Below are positions 19,086 through 26,985 of a stretch of DNA of 40,915 nucleotides, piece by piece. The notes under the pieces are model-generated. The model worked only from the letters and a program-made list of their open reading frames with translations. It was not told the DNA's origin and did not search any database. The position numbers and the translations under genes are program-made. Every line of letters begins with the position of its first letter. Position 1 is the stretch's first letter. The stretch comes from an uncultured Candidatus Saccharibacteria bacterium (GTDB lineage: Bacteria; Patescibacteriota; Minisyncoccia; GWC2-36-17; CAYHJU01): NCBI GenBank assembly GCA_964357175.1, contig CAYHJU010000003.1, positions 1 through 40,915 on the forward strand, in the 5' to 3' direction.

Positions 19086-19286
19086 TAAACGCTTTTTATC
19101 TCTCAGATGCTTGTTCAGATAATTTAAGATTCATTTTCGCTTTGATTCAAAACTCGTCCGCCCTGGGCGGACTCAAACAGGTTGAATCAATCCGCCCAAG
19201 GCGGACATATCCGCCTTGGGCGAGACCGCTCAAATTCATCATTAAATTATATCTTCACTGCGCAAATGTTCGATAAAAAGCGTTTA
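19086..19286. mobile_element. B-type nested-palindrome element holding three TCCGCC-NNN-GGCGGA mini-palindromes
   Basis: Perfect 15-bp arms TAAACGCTTTTTATC / GATAAAAAGCGTTTA. Inner arms GATAATTTAA/TTAAATTAT and TTGATTCAA/TTGAATCAA. Mini-repeats at 19157-19171, 19191-19205 and 19210-19224. Confidence 0.7.
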
Positions 19287-19340
19287 GGGATTAATTAAAA
19301 TTTATCTTTAAAATCATGGGAATTAAAAATGCGAAAAAAT

Positions 19341-19367
19341 AAAAACCCCAGCCATTTTGACTGGGGC
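19341..19367 (-). terminator. Intrinsic terminator
   Basis: GCCCCAG-TCAAAATGG-CTGGGG then TTTTTATTTTTT on the minus strand. Confidence 0.7.
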
Positions 19368-19405
19368 ATCACATTAACACCCACGACCGTTACAGCTCTT
19401 AAGTC

Positions 19406-19615
19406 TTAAGATATAAGACAAAAGAATGCGACCACACCTGCCATAACCCAACTAAGCGCAAATCCAACAACAAGGGATATGATTTTTTGCTTCCAAGTAA
19501 TATCAAAAAAATATCCCCAAGCGATTGCCGCAAAAATCGGTAGCCATGCGATATACCACACATGCAACCAAACTAGCGGAATGATTAAAAGCCAAAGCCT
19601 AAGAAAAAATTCCAT
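19406..19615 (-). CDS. Small hydrophobic hypothetical membrane protein
   Basis: 69 aa with two hydrophobic stretches; SD AAGGAGG 5 nt upstream; own terminator. Confidence 0.75.
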   Translation of the reverse strand: MEFFLRLWLLIIPLVWLHVWYIAWLPIFAAIAWGYFFDITWKQKIISLVVGFALSWVMAGVVAFFCLIS

Positions 19616-19620
19616 ATCGG

Positions 19621-19681
19621 CCTCCTTTTTAAAAGAGCAGATTCTTACTTATAAAGCATACGACACTTTTTTAAAAGTCAA
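19621..19681 (-). promoter_or_regulatory. Weak promoter (TTGACT-15-TATGCT) with boxA-like TGCTCTTTTAAA fused to SD AAGGAGG
   Basis: boxA-like at 19628-19639, SD at 19621-19627; the -35/-10 spacing is suboptimal. Confidence 0.5.
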
Positions 19682-19693
19682 ATCAAGCGAAAT

Positions 19694-19723
19694 AAAAAAA
19701 TCCCCCACGTTTTCGTGGGGGAT
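19694..19723 (-). terminator. Intrinsic terminator
   Basis: ATCCCCCACG-AAAA-CGTGGGGGAT followed by a T run on the minus strand. Confidence 0.85.
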
Positions 19724-19740
19724 AATTCTTAAAAAACCAC

Positions 19741-20382
19741 TCAGTTAGACACAAACACCCACTCGTAGTGAGCGCCCCAGAAAAAGTCAGGGCCACCAAG
19801 ACCTTCGACAAGCTGAGACGTTTTCTCGCTCAAAAAATTACTATTATAGCGCTGCAAACAAAACACGACAAAACGCTTGTTGTCCAACTTAATTATAGGC
19901 TTCATGGCAATAAAGAGAGTTTCGTCTTCTGGCTGGTCTTTGTACTGCAAGCGAAGCTGAGGACCAGCCTCGGCAGGACAGAGGCCCAAGTCGAGTTTTC
20001 TAGCCCTAGCATAAATATTCCTTGTGGTAGCGCCTTTTTCGAAGCCGAGATCATTAACAGAAAGTCGTACCAAATTCAGAGTGACGGGAGTTGAAGCAAG
20101 TTTAATTCTATCTAGAATCTCATTGCAACTGATACGCTGACCGCTTTTCTCAATGTCTTGACGAAGAGACTTGACACAAGAGTGAGTGCCGATCTGAATG
20201 GTACGGAAAACGGGAAAGTTGTGAGCGTCAACCAAACAAAAAGCTCTTTCAAGATTCTCTTGGATGGTTTCAGGATCATCAATCAAGCGTTGCATTTCTT
20301 CGCTGGGAATTTTTGGAAAATTTTGAATAAGCGTAGCGATAAACTTTGCTGTCTGCCTATCGTACTTCCCGTCTTTTGGCAT
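19741..20382 (-). CDS. CPR-type hypothetical protein, possibly CLec-like or DGR-target-like
   Basis: TIQIGTH, LVRLSVNDLGF, LGLCPAEAGPQLRLQYKDQP, IAMKPI, W...YEWVF. SD AAAGGAGG. The family assignment is my recollection of a Parcubacteria-expanded family and is unverified. Confidence 0.75.
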   Translation of the reverse strand: MPKDGKYDRQTAKFIATLIQNFPKIPSEEMQRLIDDPETIQENLERAFCLVDAHNFPVFRTIQIGTHSCVKSLRQDIEKSGQRISCNEILDRIKLASTPVTLNLVRLSVNDLGFEKGATTRNIYARARKLDLGLCPAEAGPQLRLQYKDQPEDETLFIAMKPIIKLDNKRFVVFCLQRYNSNFLSEKTSQLVEGLGGPDFFWGAHYEWVFVSN

Positions 20383-20514
20383 GGCGTTTTTTCCTCCTTT
20401 TGAAGGTGTTCGCCATTTCGCCTTGCTAGAGGACCACCACCACGGCAGCCATAGCCAAAAAACATCAAAAAAATATTTAATATCTTTTGGCTACGGCCAC
20501 CCAAAATATAAATT

Positions 20515-20574
20515 ATTTAAAAGAACTTTACGTTACATTAATCGCAAACTACCACGCAAACCTTATTCTGTCAA
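20515..20574 (-). promoter_or_regulatory. Promoter TTGACA-17-TAGTTT with boxA-like GTTCTTTTAAAT
   Basis: -35 at 20569-20574, -10 at 20546-20551, boxA-like at 20515-20526. Confidence 0.7.
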
Positions 20575-20582
20575 ATAAAAAT

Positions 20583-20745
20583 AAAGCGCAGCTATTGTTT
20601 TAAAAAACCATCCGCAGGAAAATTTGCTCGGTTTATAAAACGAGTACTTTTTAAAAGGTGCTCGTTTTATAAAAATTTTCCGAGGACGTGACGAAATCGC
20701 TCGCAGGAAGCGATTGAGTGTGTTTTGAGAAACAATAGCTGTGCG
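20583..20745. mobile_element. C-type nested-palindrome element
   Basis: Arms GCGCAGCTATTGTTT / AAACAATAGCTGTGC (1 mismatch). Inner TTTATAAAACGAGTAC / GTGCTCGTTTTATAAA. Hairpin AATCGCT...AGCGATT. Left end matches 604-638 at 30/35. Confidence 0.7.
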
Positions 20746-20763
20746 GATTCCGGTTTAAAAAAC

Positions 20764-21807
20764 TTACTTCCTAAACTCCTTGGCCTTTTCTGTATATCTT
20801 CCCACATCTGCGCGCAGAGCATCGCCACAATCATATTTATATTTGTATCCAAATTTTTCTATTTTAGATCCATCAACGATTATCGGATAAGTGTAAGAAT
20901 TTATGCCGGCTGGCACCGTAGGAATTTTGCCACAGCTTACATTCCATAAAAACCAAAATCCAAATTTGCCCAGCCATGCCGGTATACGAATAGTTTTTTT
21001 GCCAATTGAATGCGCCATATCTTTGAGCAAAAAGAAGCAGTGCGGAGCGATATTGAAAATTTCATAATCTCCCCTTGCGCCGCCAAATGCCATCCAAAAA
21101 ATAATATCCGCCACATCGTCTTCATGAATAAATTGGCGCGCCGACTCATCTCCAGTAATAGGAATAATCGGCAGGCCCTCTTTCACCATTTGCAAAAGTC
21201 CAAATCTTTTAAAAATATATTGCCCTCTGGGGCCGGATATGGCGCAGGGCCTGACCATTAAGACTTGCGGCAAAGGATTTTGTCTGGCGCCTTTTTGTAA
21301 ATCGCTTTTTTCTTTTTCAAAAACAGCGCGTAGCTTTTCTTCAATCATCTTTTTATCCACACCATAAAGATATTCGCTTTCTAAAAACGGGTCTTCTTCG
21401 CGAAACCAGCGCTTGATAGAATTTTCCTTGCGCGCGCCATAAGACGCTACGGTAGAAAAATGAATCAGACGCGAAATTTTATTTTTGAAAACAAATTCAA
21501 AAACTTTATCTGCCGCCGTCAAATTGCACTTATTTTGCCATTCTCTTTTTTTGCCATATCCTTCACGAATCACGTAGGCGCAGTGCACCACTACATCCGG
21601 AGCCCCACCCTCCAAAACTTTTTCCTGCCACCCGTCATCTCCCAGATTCCATGTTATCCATTTAAATTTCTGGTTGCCTTTGGGAAATTTATCGCTAGCA
21701 TCTTTCATGTCCAAAACCACCACGCTATCAACTCGTGGGTCTTTTAAAAATAAATCTGCCAGCATCCCGCCAACATATCCCGCCGCACCTGTTATAAATA
21801 TTTTCAT
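20764..21807 (-). CDS. NAD-dependent epimerase/dehydratase (extended SDR)
   Basis: IFITGAAGYVG, VVHCA, HFSTVASYG, YGVDK (YxxxK), QFIHEDDVA. Confidence 0.9.
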   Translation of the reverse strand: MKIFITGAAGYVGGMLADLFLKDPRVDSVVVLDMKDASDKFPKGNQKFKWITWNLGDDGWQEKVLEGGAPDVVVHCAYVIREGYGKKREWQNKCNLTAADKVFEFVFKNKISRLIHFSTVASYGARKENSIKRWFREEDPFLESEYLYGVDKKMIEEKLRAVFEKEKSDLQKGARQNPLPQVLMVRPCAISGPRGQYIFKRFGLLQMVKEGLPIIPITGDESARQFIHEDDVADIIFWMAFGGARGDYEIFNIAPHCFFLLKDMAHSIGKKTIRIPAWLGKFGFWFLWNVSCGKIPTVPAGINSYTYPIIVDGSKIEKFGYKYKYDCGDALRADVGRYTEKAKEFRK

Positions 21808-23099
21808 GATTTAATCCTCTCTCTCTTAATAACTTTAAATTTGCCCAAAAGCCGAGACGCCACCTTGGGCCATTTGATAAGCGGCTCGTTGATAAGCAGG
21901 GCAATCGTTTGTTCCTGCGAATACCCGCCATCTTGCAAGGCCTTGTAAACATTCAGCCCTTCCCAAACGATTTGCTTATATTCATCTTCAAAAATTTGTT
22001 TGTCCGCTTGTTCAAAAAAGCTCTGAATTTTTTGTTTCAACGCTTCATTTTCACCAAAATGCAGATCTTTATAAATTACTTCACCCAAAGTATATTTGCC
22101 CTGAAAAAATATTTCTCTAAGCTGTTTCCTAGTATTGTCAAAATAATTATAGGAACGCTCCTTTTCAACGTTGGTAATCGTTTCAAATATGCCCCTCAAA
22201 GACGCGTCTACTTCTGTTTTCTCAATGGCGTCGTAGCGAGATTTAAGATAGGCCAAAATTTCATTCTTGGCAGACGCCTCTCCCTCTTCACGAAATGATC
22301 TAAAAAATCTCGACAGAGCGCTTTTAATTTTTTCATCATTATTATTCATCGCGGCCTCCATAAAATCGGCGAAAAATCCCTCCCTTTGGGGAATTTCCTT
22401 AAACAGTCTTCTTATGGCGTGCTGTTCCTCGTGCACAAAAATTCTGTCATGATCTTTGTCAGAATTTTTTCCCACCGCCTTTTGCGCGATGATGGTTCCT
22501 GCAAGCTCTTGAATTAATGACGTCTTAATGCTTACGCCGCTAGAATCACTTGCCGAATCTATGTCTTTCGCAGTTAAGACGCGTCCATTTAAAAATGCTT
22601 GGCTGTAGATCAAGGTATAATCTTCCAAATGATAACATTTTACATATAAAGTTATAGGCCCTTCGACTATTTCTACTTTGCCCTGCGGTTTTACGCCAAA
22701 CATCACTTCAAAAAGTTCCGCATCATCGGGATATTCTTTTCTGTATTTACTAACGGCTTGATGTTTTTGTTCATATTCTTGTAAAATTGCTTCGGCAATT
22801 TTTTTCTGCTGGGGAGTAAATCCGTATTTGGCGCCCCACTCATCTAAATTTTTATTTAAATCTTCCAGCGGTATGTCGGGGTTTTCTCTTATTTGAGAAA
22901 CAAAATCTTCTTGCATTTTTGCAAAGCCTTCTTTTTGATAAACATATTTTTCTTTCCACCTATCCAGCGCGTCTTTTCTTTCTTTGGAGGACAACGCCTT
23001 GACGTCTTTCAGCTCAAGCTCCGGAAAAAACATCTCTCCTTCTGAAATTGGAGATTTTTCTTCTTCAGCCTTTTCTATTTTTGGTTTTTCTTGATCCAT
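21804..23099 (-). CDS. Hypothetical protein with HExxH motif, possibly zincin-like
   Basis: IFVHEEQHAI with downstream AKNEILAY; ATGA overlap with the epimerase. Confidence 0.7.
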   Translation of the reverse strand: MDQEKPKIEKAEEEKSPISEGEMFFPELELKDVKALSSKERKDALDRWKEKYVYQKEGFAKMQEDFVSQIRENPDIPLEDLNKNLDEWGAKYGFTPQQKKIAEAILQEYEQKHQAVSKYRKEYPDDAELFEVMFGVKPQGKVEIVEGPITLYVKCYHLEDYTLIYSQAFLNGRVLTAKDIDSASDSSGVSIKTSLIQELAGTIIAQKAVGKNSDKDHDRIFVHEEQHAIRRLFKEIPQREGFFADFMEAAMNNNDEKIKSALSRFFRSFREEGEASAKNEILAYLKSRYDAIEKTEVDASLRGIFETITNVEKERSYNYFDNTRKQLREIFFQGKYTLGEVIYKDLHFGENEALKQKIQSFFEQADKQIFEDEYKQIVWEGLNVYKALQDGGYSQEQTIALLINEPLIKWPKVASRLLGKFKVIKRERIKS

Positions 23100-23125
23100 A
23101 AATATATTTTTATTGTTCGCCTATT

Positions 23126-23207
23126 TCCTCCAGAGGCGGACGGATCGCGCGCCTGCCTGCCGCCTGCCTGCCGGTAGGCAGGGTAGGCAGGAATTTAGAG
23201 AATGATT
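23126..23207. repeat. Cluster of mini-palindromes with a self-nested CCTGCCTGCCGGTAGGCAGG
   Basis: TCCTCCAGAGGCGGA at 23126-23140. Outer copy 23152-23162 plus 23183-23191 is split by an intact copy at 23163-23182. Followed by GAATTTAGAGAATGATT, matching half of the 27764 palindrome. Confidence 0.8.
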
Positions 23208-23238
23208 TTAGATTTGAGATTTAATTTTTGAAATTCTA

Positions 23239-24591
23239 TTACGCTCCCGATCTGGATAGCATTATTCTAATTGTCTTTAAAATAATGGTCAAATCTAAAA
23301 TAATAGAGCGATTTTTAATGTAATAGATATCATAGGCAAGACGCTTTTCTGTTTCCTCCACTGAACTCGGAGCGATTTGTTGTATTTGCGCCCAGCCCGT
23401 TAGTCCCGGCTTGATCAAATTACGAATAGTATAATAAGGTATTTCTTTTTCTAATTTCTGCGCGAAATCCAAAAAATCCGGACGTGGGCCCACAAATGAC
23501 ATATCTCCCACAAACACATTCCAAAGCTGAGGCAACTCGTCCAGGCGCGTTTTACGTAAAAAATTACCGACTTTGGTGATGCGCTTATCTCCTTTTTCTG
23601 GCCATTTGCTATCGGCATCAACGCGCATGGAACGAAATTTTATATGCTTAAAAATTTTACCACTCTGGCCCACCCTTTTATTTATAAAAAATACTGGGCC
23701 TTTGTCGCCGAGCTTAATTGCTAAAATAATAAAGGGATAAAATAAAAGCGACACAACCCCAAAAATCAAAGCGGCCACCACATCCAGCAGGCGCTTGGGA
23801 AGATCATAAAATTCTTTTTTACTTGAAGAAATATTTTCCAGTAGCCACTCCTCATTTACAAAAGAAAGTGGCACATATTGAAAAATGTTTTCGTAAAACT
23901 TCTGAAAATCCATAAACTTTACCCCTCGTGACATCAAATTGTAAAAATAAGCCACCACTTCTTTAGAACAATCCGCAAAAGATTCCACCACTATCGCCAG
24001 ATTCTTGTCGCTTTTTATTAAATCATCAATCTTTTTTTCAGAAACTTCCTGAAAATTTTGGCCAATAGCCTGCGAACTTATCTCTTCCGACACAAAAAAG
24101 CCGTGTTGGGGATGTTCTTTTAGATCATTAACCAATTCCTGAAATTCTTTGCCTGATCCGATAGCTAAAATCGGCTGGGCGGAACTTAAGCGCAAAAAAC
24201 TTCTTACCAATATTCTCCAAAAATATAGAAGCAGGAACGAAACTAGTACATCTGCAATCAAGACCGTCTTAGGAGTAATACCATAATAGGGCAAAAGATA
24301 GAAAAATATTATCGCGATAATACCATTGATAGATTGCGATTTAAAAACAAGGCCAAGCAAACTTTTGCTTTGAAGTTTAAAAGATCTGCCATATAAATCC
24401 GCAATATAAAAAACTACAATCCAGACAACAAAAATAAAAGAAAATGGCAAAAAGTGCTTTATAAAAAGTGCGTTGGATGGAACTTCTAAGTAGCGCAAAA
24501 GTAACGCCACCCACAGCGAGCCGTAGAGAACCGCCAAATCCCCCAAAAGAAGCCCTAAAGATATTAATTTTTGTCCCAATTTAGTCGCCAT
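23239..24591 (-). CDS. Polyprenyl glycosylphosphotransferase (WcaJ/WbaP family sugar transferase)
   Basis: N-terminal TM helices, KRLLDVV, KFRSM, LRKTRLDELPQLWNVFVGDMSFVGPRP, KPGLTGWAQI, YDIYYI. Confidence 0.93.
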   Translation of the reverse strand: MATKLGQKLISLGLLLGDLAVLYGSLWVALLLRYLEVPSNALFIKHFLPFSFIFVVWIVVFYIADLYGRSFKLQSKSLLGLVFKSQSINGIIAIIFFYLLPYYGITPKTVLIADVLVSFLLLYFWRILVRSFLRLSSAQPILAIGSGKEFQELVNDLKEHPQHGFFVSEEISSQAIGQNFQEVSEKKIDDLIKSDKNLAIVVESFADCSKEVVAYFYNLMSRGVKFMDFQKFYENIFQYVPLSFVNEEWLLENISSSKKEFYDLPKRLLDVVAALIFGVVSLLFYPFIILAIKLGDKGPVFFINKRVGQSGKIFKHIKFRSMRVDADSKWPEKGDKRITKVGNFLRKTRLDELPQLWNVFVGDMSFVGPRPDFLDFAQKLEKEIPYYTIRNLIKPGLTGWAQIQQIAPSSVEETEKRLAYDIYYIKNRSIILDLTIILKTIRIMLSRSGA

Positions 24592-24640
24592 AAAATTGAA
24601 TTAATCGCCATTTTGATTCATTTATGTAATACCATTTTGC

Positions 24641-25381
24641 TCAATTTAACACAACCTCTTTCGGCATAACGTTAAATTCCGTCTCGCCAAAGATTTTTTC
24701 TTGTTTAAAGGCCACGATGTTTTGTTTCACGAGTTCCAGCAAGGCCAAAAATGTCACTATTATTTCCGCCCTGTTTTTTGAATCTTTCAAAAGCTCCGAA
24801 AGCTTGGCTTGGCCAACTTTAGAGAAAAATTCCTGTATTCTTTTTATCTTTTCTTCCATGCGCATTACGTTTTCCATTTTTACTTTCACACCCTCTTTGA
24901 CTTCTTGGGTTTTTTGCGTATAAAGCAACACTTTGCTTATCGCGCCAGACAAAGACTCTACGCACAAATTATGCGGAGGAATAAAAATATCATTTTGCGA
25001 ATAAGAAAATTCTCGTTCATAAGAAATATGGGGGCTGGACCATAAAACTCCTACCTCCTTGGCAAGCTCTTTAAATTTTTTATAAAGTTTCAATCTTTCT
25101 TCAAGCTCCTTCAGGTCCTCTTCTACCTCTTCGTCTGCTTCACTTAAAAATGGCAAAAGCGCGCGCGATTTTATCAAAAGAAGCTTGGCGGCGATAACCA
25201 AAAAATCCGCCAATGTCTCCGGCGATCTATTTTCAAAAGTTTTTAGATATGAAATATATTGATCCGTCACCGCCACCAAAGAAACCTCTGTGATAGAAAG
25301 CTCTTCTTTTTCTATAAGTTGCAACAACAAATCCAACGGTCCTTCAAATTTTTGTATTTTAATTATATGTCCTTCTGCCAT
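24641..25381 (-). CDS. scpA: Segregation and condensation protein A (SMC kleisin)
   Basis: FEGPLDLLLQLI, FLVIAAKLLLIKSRALLP, IVTFLALLELVK. Confidence 0.95.
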   Translation of the reverse strand: MAEGHIIKIQKFEGPLDLLLQLIEKEELSITEVSLVAVTDQYISYLKTFENRSPETLADFLVIAAKLLLIKSRALLPFLSEADEEVEEDLKELEERLKLYKKFKELAKEVGVLWSSPHISYEREFSYSQNDIFIPPHNLCVESLSGAISKVLLYTQKTQEVKEGVKVKMENVMRMEEKIKRIQEFFSKVGQAKLSELLKDSKNRAEIIVTFLALLELVKQNIVAFKQEKIFGETEFNVMPKEVVLN

Positions 25382-25385
25382 TAAA

Positions 25386-26783
25386 TTAATCTTTTAATCC
25401 TATCTTGATGTGTGCTTCTTTGAGCTCTTTTTCTCCAACTTCAGCGGGCGCGCCCATTAAAGGATCCCTGGCATCGCCTGTTTTCGGAAAAGCCATCACT
25501 TCGCGGATATTTGGTTCATCGCACAAAACCGCTACCAATCTATCAAAACCAAAAGCCATGCCGCCATGGGGCGGCGCGCCGTATTCAAACGCTTCCAGCA
25601 TATGTCCAAATCTTTCCTGTATTTCTTTTTCCTTGAGTCCCAATTTTTCAAAAATTTTATTTTGCAAATCTCTTTGGTGTATTCTGATGCTTCCGCCCGC
25701 CACCTCAAATCCATTCAATACCAAGTCATACGCTTTGGCGCGGACTTTTTCCGGTTCTTTTTCCAGCATTTCTATGTCTTCATCCGCTGGGTGCGTGAAG
25801 GGATGATGCGCGCTGACCAATTTTTTCTCTGTTTCGGAAAACTCAAAAAGAGGAGGATCAACGATCCAGGCAAAAGCGAGTTCATTGGGATTATTTTTTC
25901 CGCCCAAGGCGGACTTTCTTAAATCCGGCTTGTCGTTGCCATATTTTTCCATAGACTCTTTAAAGCTAATCCTCGGAAAAGGCGTTTGTGATATTTTTTT
26001 GTCGGGCGCAATCTCCTTTATTATTTCTATCACAATCTTTTCCATTAAACTCATTATCATTTCCTGATCTACAAAACTCATCTCTAAATCCAGCTGGGTA
26101 AATTCTGGCTGCCTGTCTCCTCTTTGATCTTCATCGCGAAAACATCTGGCAACTTGAAAATATCTTTCCACGCCCGCTACCATTAAAAGCTGTTTAAATT
26201 GCTGAGGCGACTGCGGTAAGACATAAAACTTTCCCGGGTGAAGCCGCGCAGGCACTAAAAACTCACGCGATCCCTCCGGCGTGCCTTTAGTTAAATACGG
26301 CGTTTCAATTTCAATAAATCCGTTTTTATAAAACGCTTGGCGAAACGCAAAGGCTAAATCATGGCGCAGTTTTAAATTGGCCGCCATTTTTTCATTTCTT
26401 AAATCTAAATAGCGATATTTTAAGCGCAATTCTTCATCCACCTCTTTACTCTTTTCGATTTCAAAAGGCAAATTTTTCGCCGGGTTGAGTATTTCAAAAT
26501 CCACGGCCTGCAATTCTACCTTGCCCGTTTTTAAATTGGGATTTTTCAATTTTTCCGGACGCTCTGCAACCTTGCCTTTTATTTTTAAAACCCACTCATT
26601 TCTTAAAATATCTGCCTTTTTGGCAACGTCCCCCACAAAAACAACCTGCAGAAGTCCTGTTTTGTCGCGCAAATCTATAAAGATAATTTTGCCGTGATCT
26701 CTTCTCACGTTTACCCACCCAGCCACTTCCACGTCCTCGCCCACCTTATTTATAGTTTCTTCAATAAAAATTCTTTTTTGCAT
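25386..26783 (-). CDS. aspS: Aspartate-tRNA ligase, short form lacking the GAD insertion, probably non-discriminating
   Basis: RRDHGKIIFIDLRD, LKYRYLDLR, LPQSPQQFKQLL, CFRDEDQRGDRQPEFTQLD, GAPPHGG. Start moved to ATG 26783, downstream of the predicted promoter. Confidence 0.96.
   Translation of the reverse strand: MQKRIFIEETINKVGEDVEVAGWVNVRRDHGKIIFIDLRDKTGLLQVVFVGDVAKKADILRNEWVLKIKGKVAERPEKLKNPNLKTGKVELQAVDFEILNPAKNLPFEIEKSKEVDEELRLKYRYLDLRNEKMAANLKLRHDLAFAFRQAFYKNGFIEIETPYLTKGTPEGSREFLVPARLHPGKFYVLPQSPQQFKQLLMVAGVERYFQVARCFRDEDQRGDRQPEFTQLDLEMSFVDQEMIMSLMEKIVIEIIKEIAPDKKISQTPFPRISFKESMEKYGNDKPDLRKSALGGKNNPNELAFAWIVDPPLFEFSETEKKLVSAHHPFTHPADEDIEMLEKEPEKVRAKAYDLVLNGFEVAGGSIRIHQRDLQNKIFEKLGLKEKEIQERFGHMLEAFEYGAPPHGGMAFGFDRLVAVLCDEPNIREVMAFPKTGDARDPLMGAPAEVGEKELKEAHIKIGLKD
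25899..25913. repeat. In-frame 15-nt palindrome inside aspS encoding SALGG
   Basis: TCCGCCCAAGGCGGA, identical to intergenic 19191-19205 and exactly on codon boundaries. Confidence 0.8.
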
Positions 26784-26811
26784 CTTGTTTATTTTAACTG
26801 ATACATATTTA

Positions 26812-26840
26812 AGTATAGATAATATTACCATTAAAATCAA
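26812..26840 (-). promoter_or_regulatory. aspS promoter TTGATT-17-TATACT
   Basis: -35 at 26835-26840, -10 at 26812-26817. Confidence 0.6.
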
Positions 26841-26864
26841 AGTTTGCGAGCTGTTTTTCTACGC

Positions 26865-26893
26865 TTGACAGAACATAAATTTGGGTGTATAAT
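26865..26893 (+). promoter_or_regulatory. Consensus sigma70 promoter TTGACA-17-TATAAT
   Basis: Exact consensus, divergent from aspS. Confidence 0.85.
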
Positions 26894-26985
26894 GTGGGCA
26901 CGATACTATAGAAGCGACTACGGCGCTTTTCCAACCTCATAGCCCTTTCAAAACTAAACCCCCCTCCCCATAGAAAGGAAACGCC

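Noticed and set aside
19802-19817. CCTTCGACAAGCTGAG resembling a REP-like unit, also loosely at 3021-3040
   Set aside because: It lies in coding sequence with no flanking stem; the similarity is short and I cannot separate it from chance.
19086-20745. Integron attC sites flanking the accessory genes
   Set aside because: There are no RYYYAAC/GTTRRRY ends, the genes have their own promoters, and no integrase is present.
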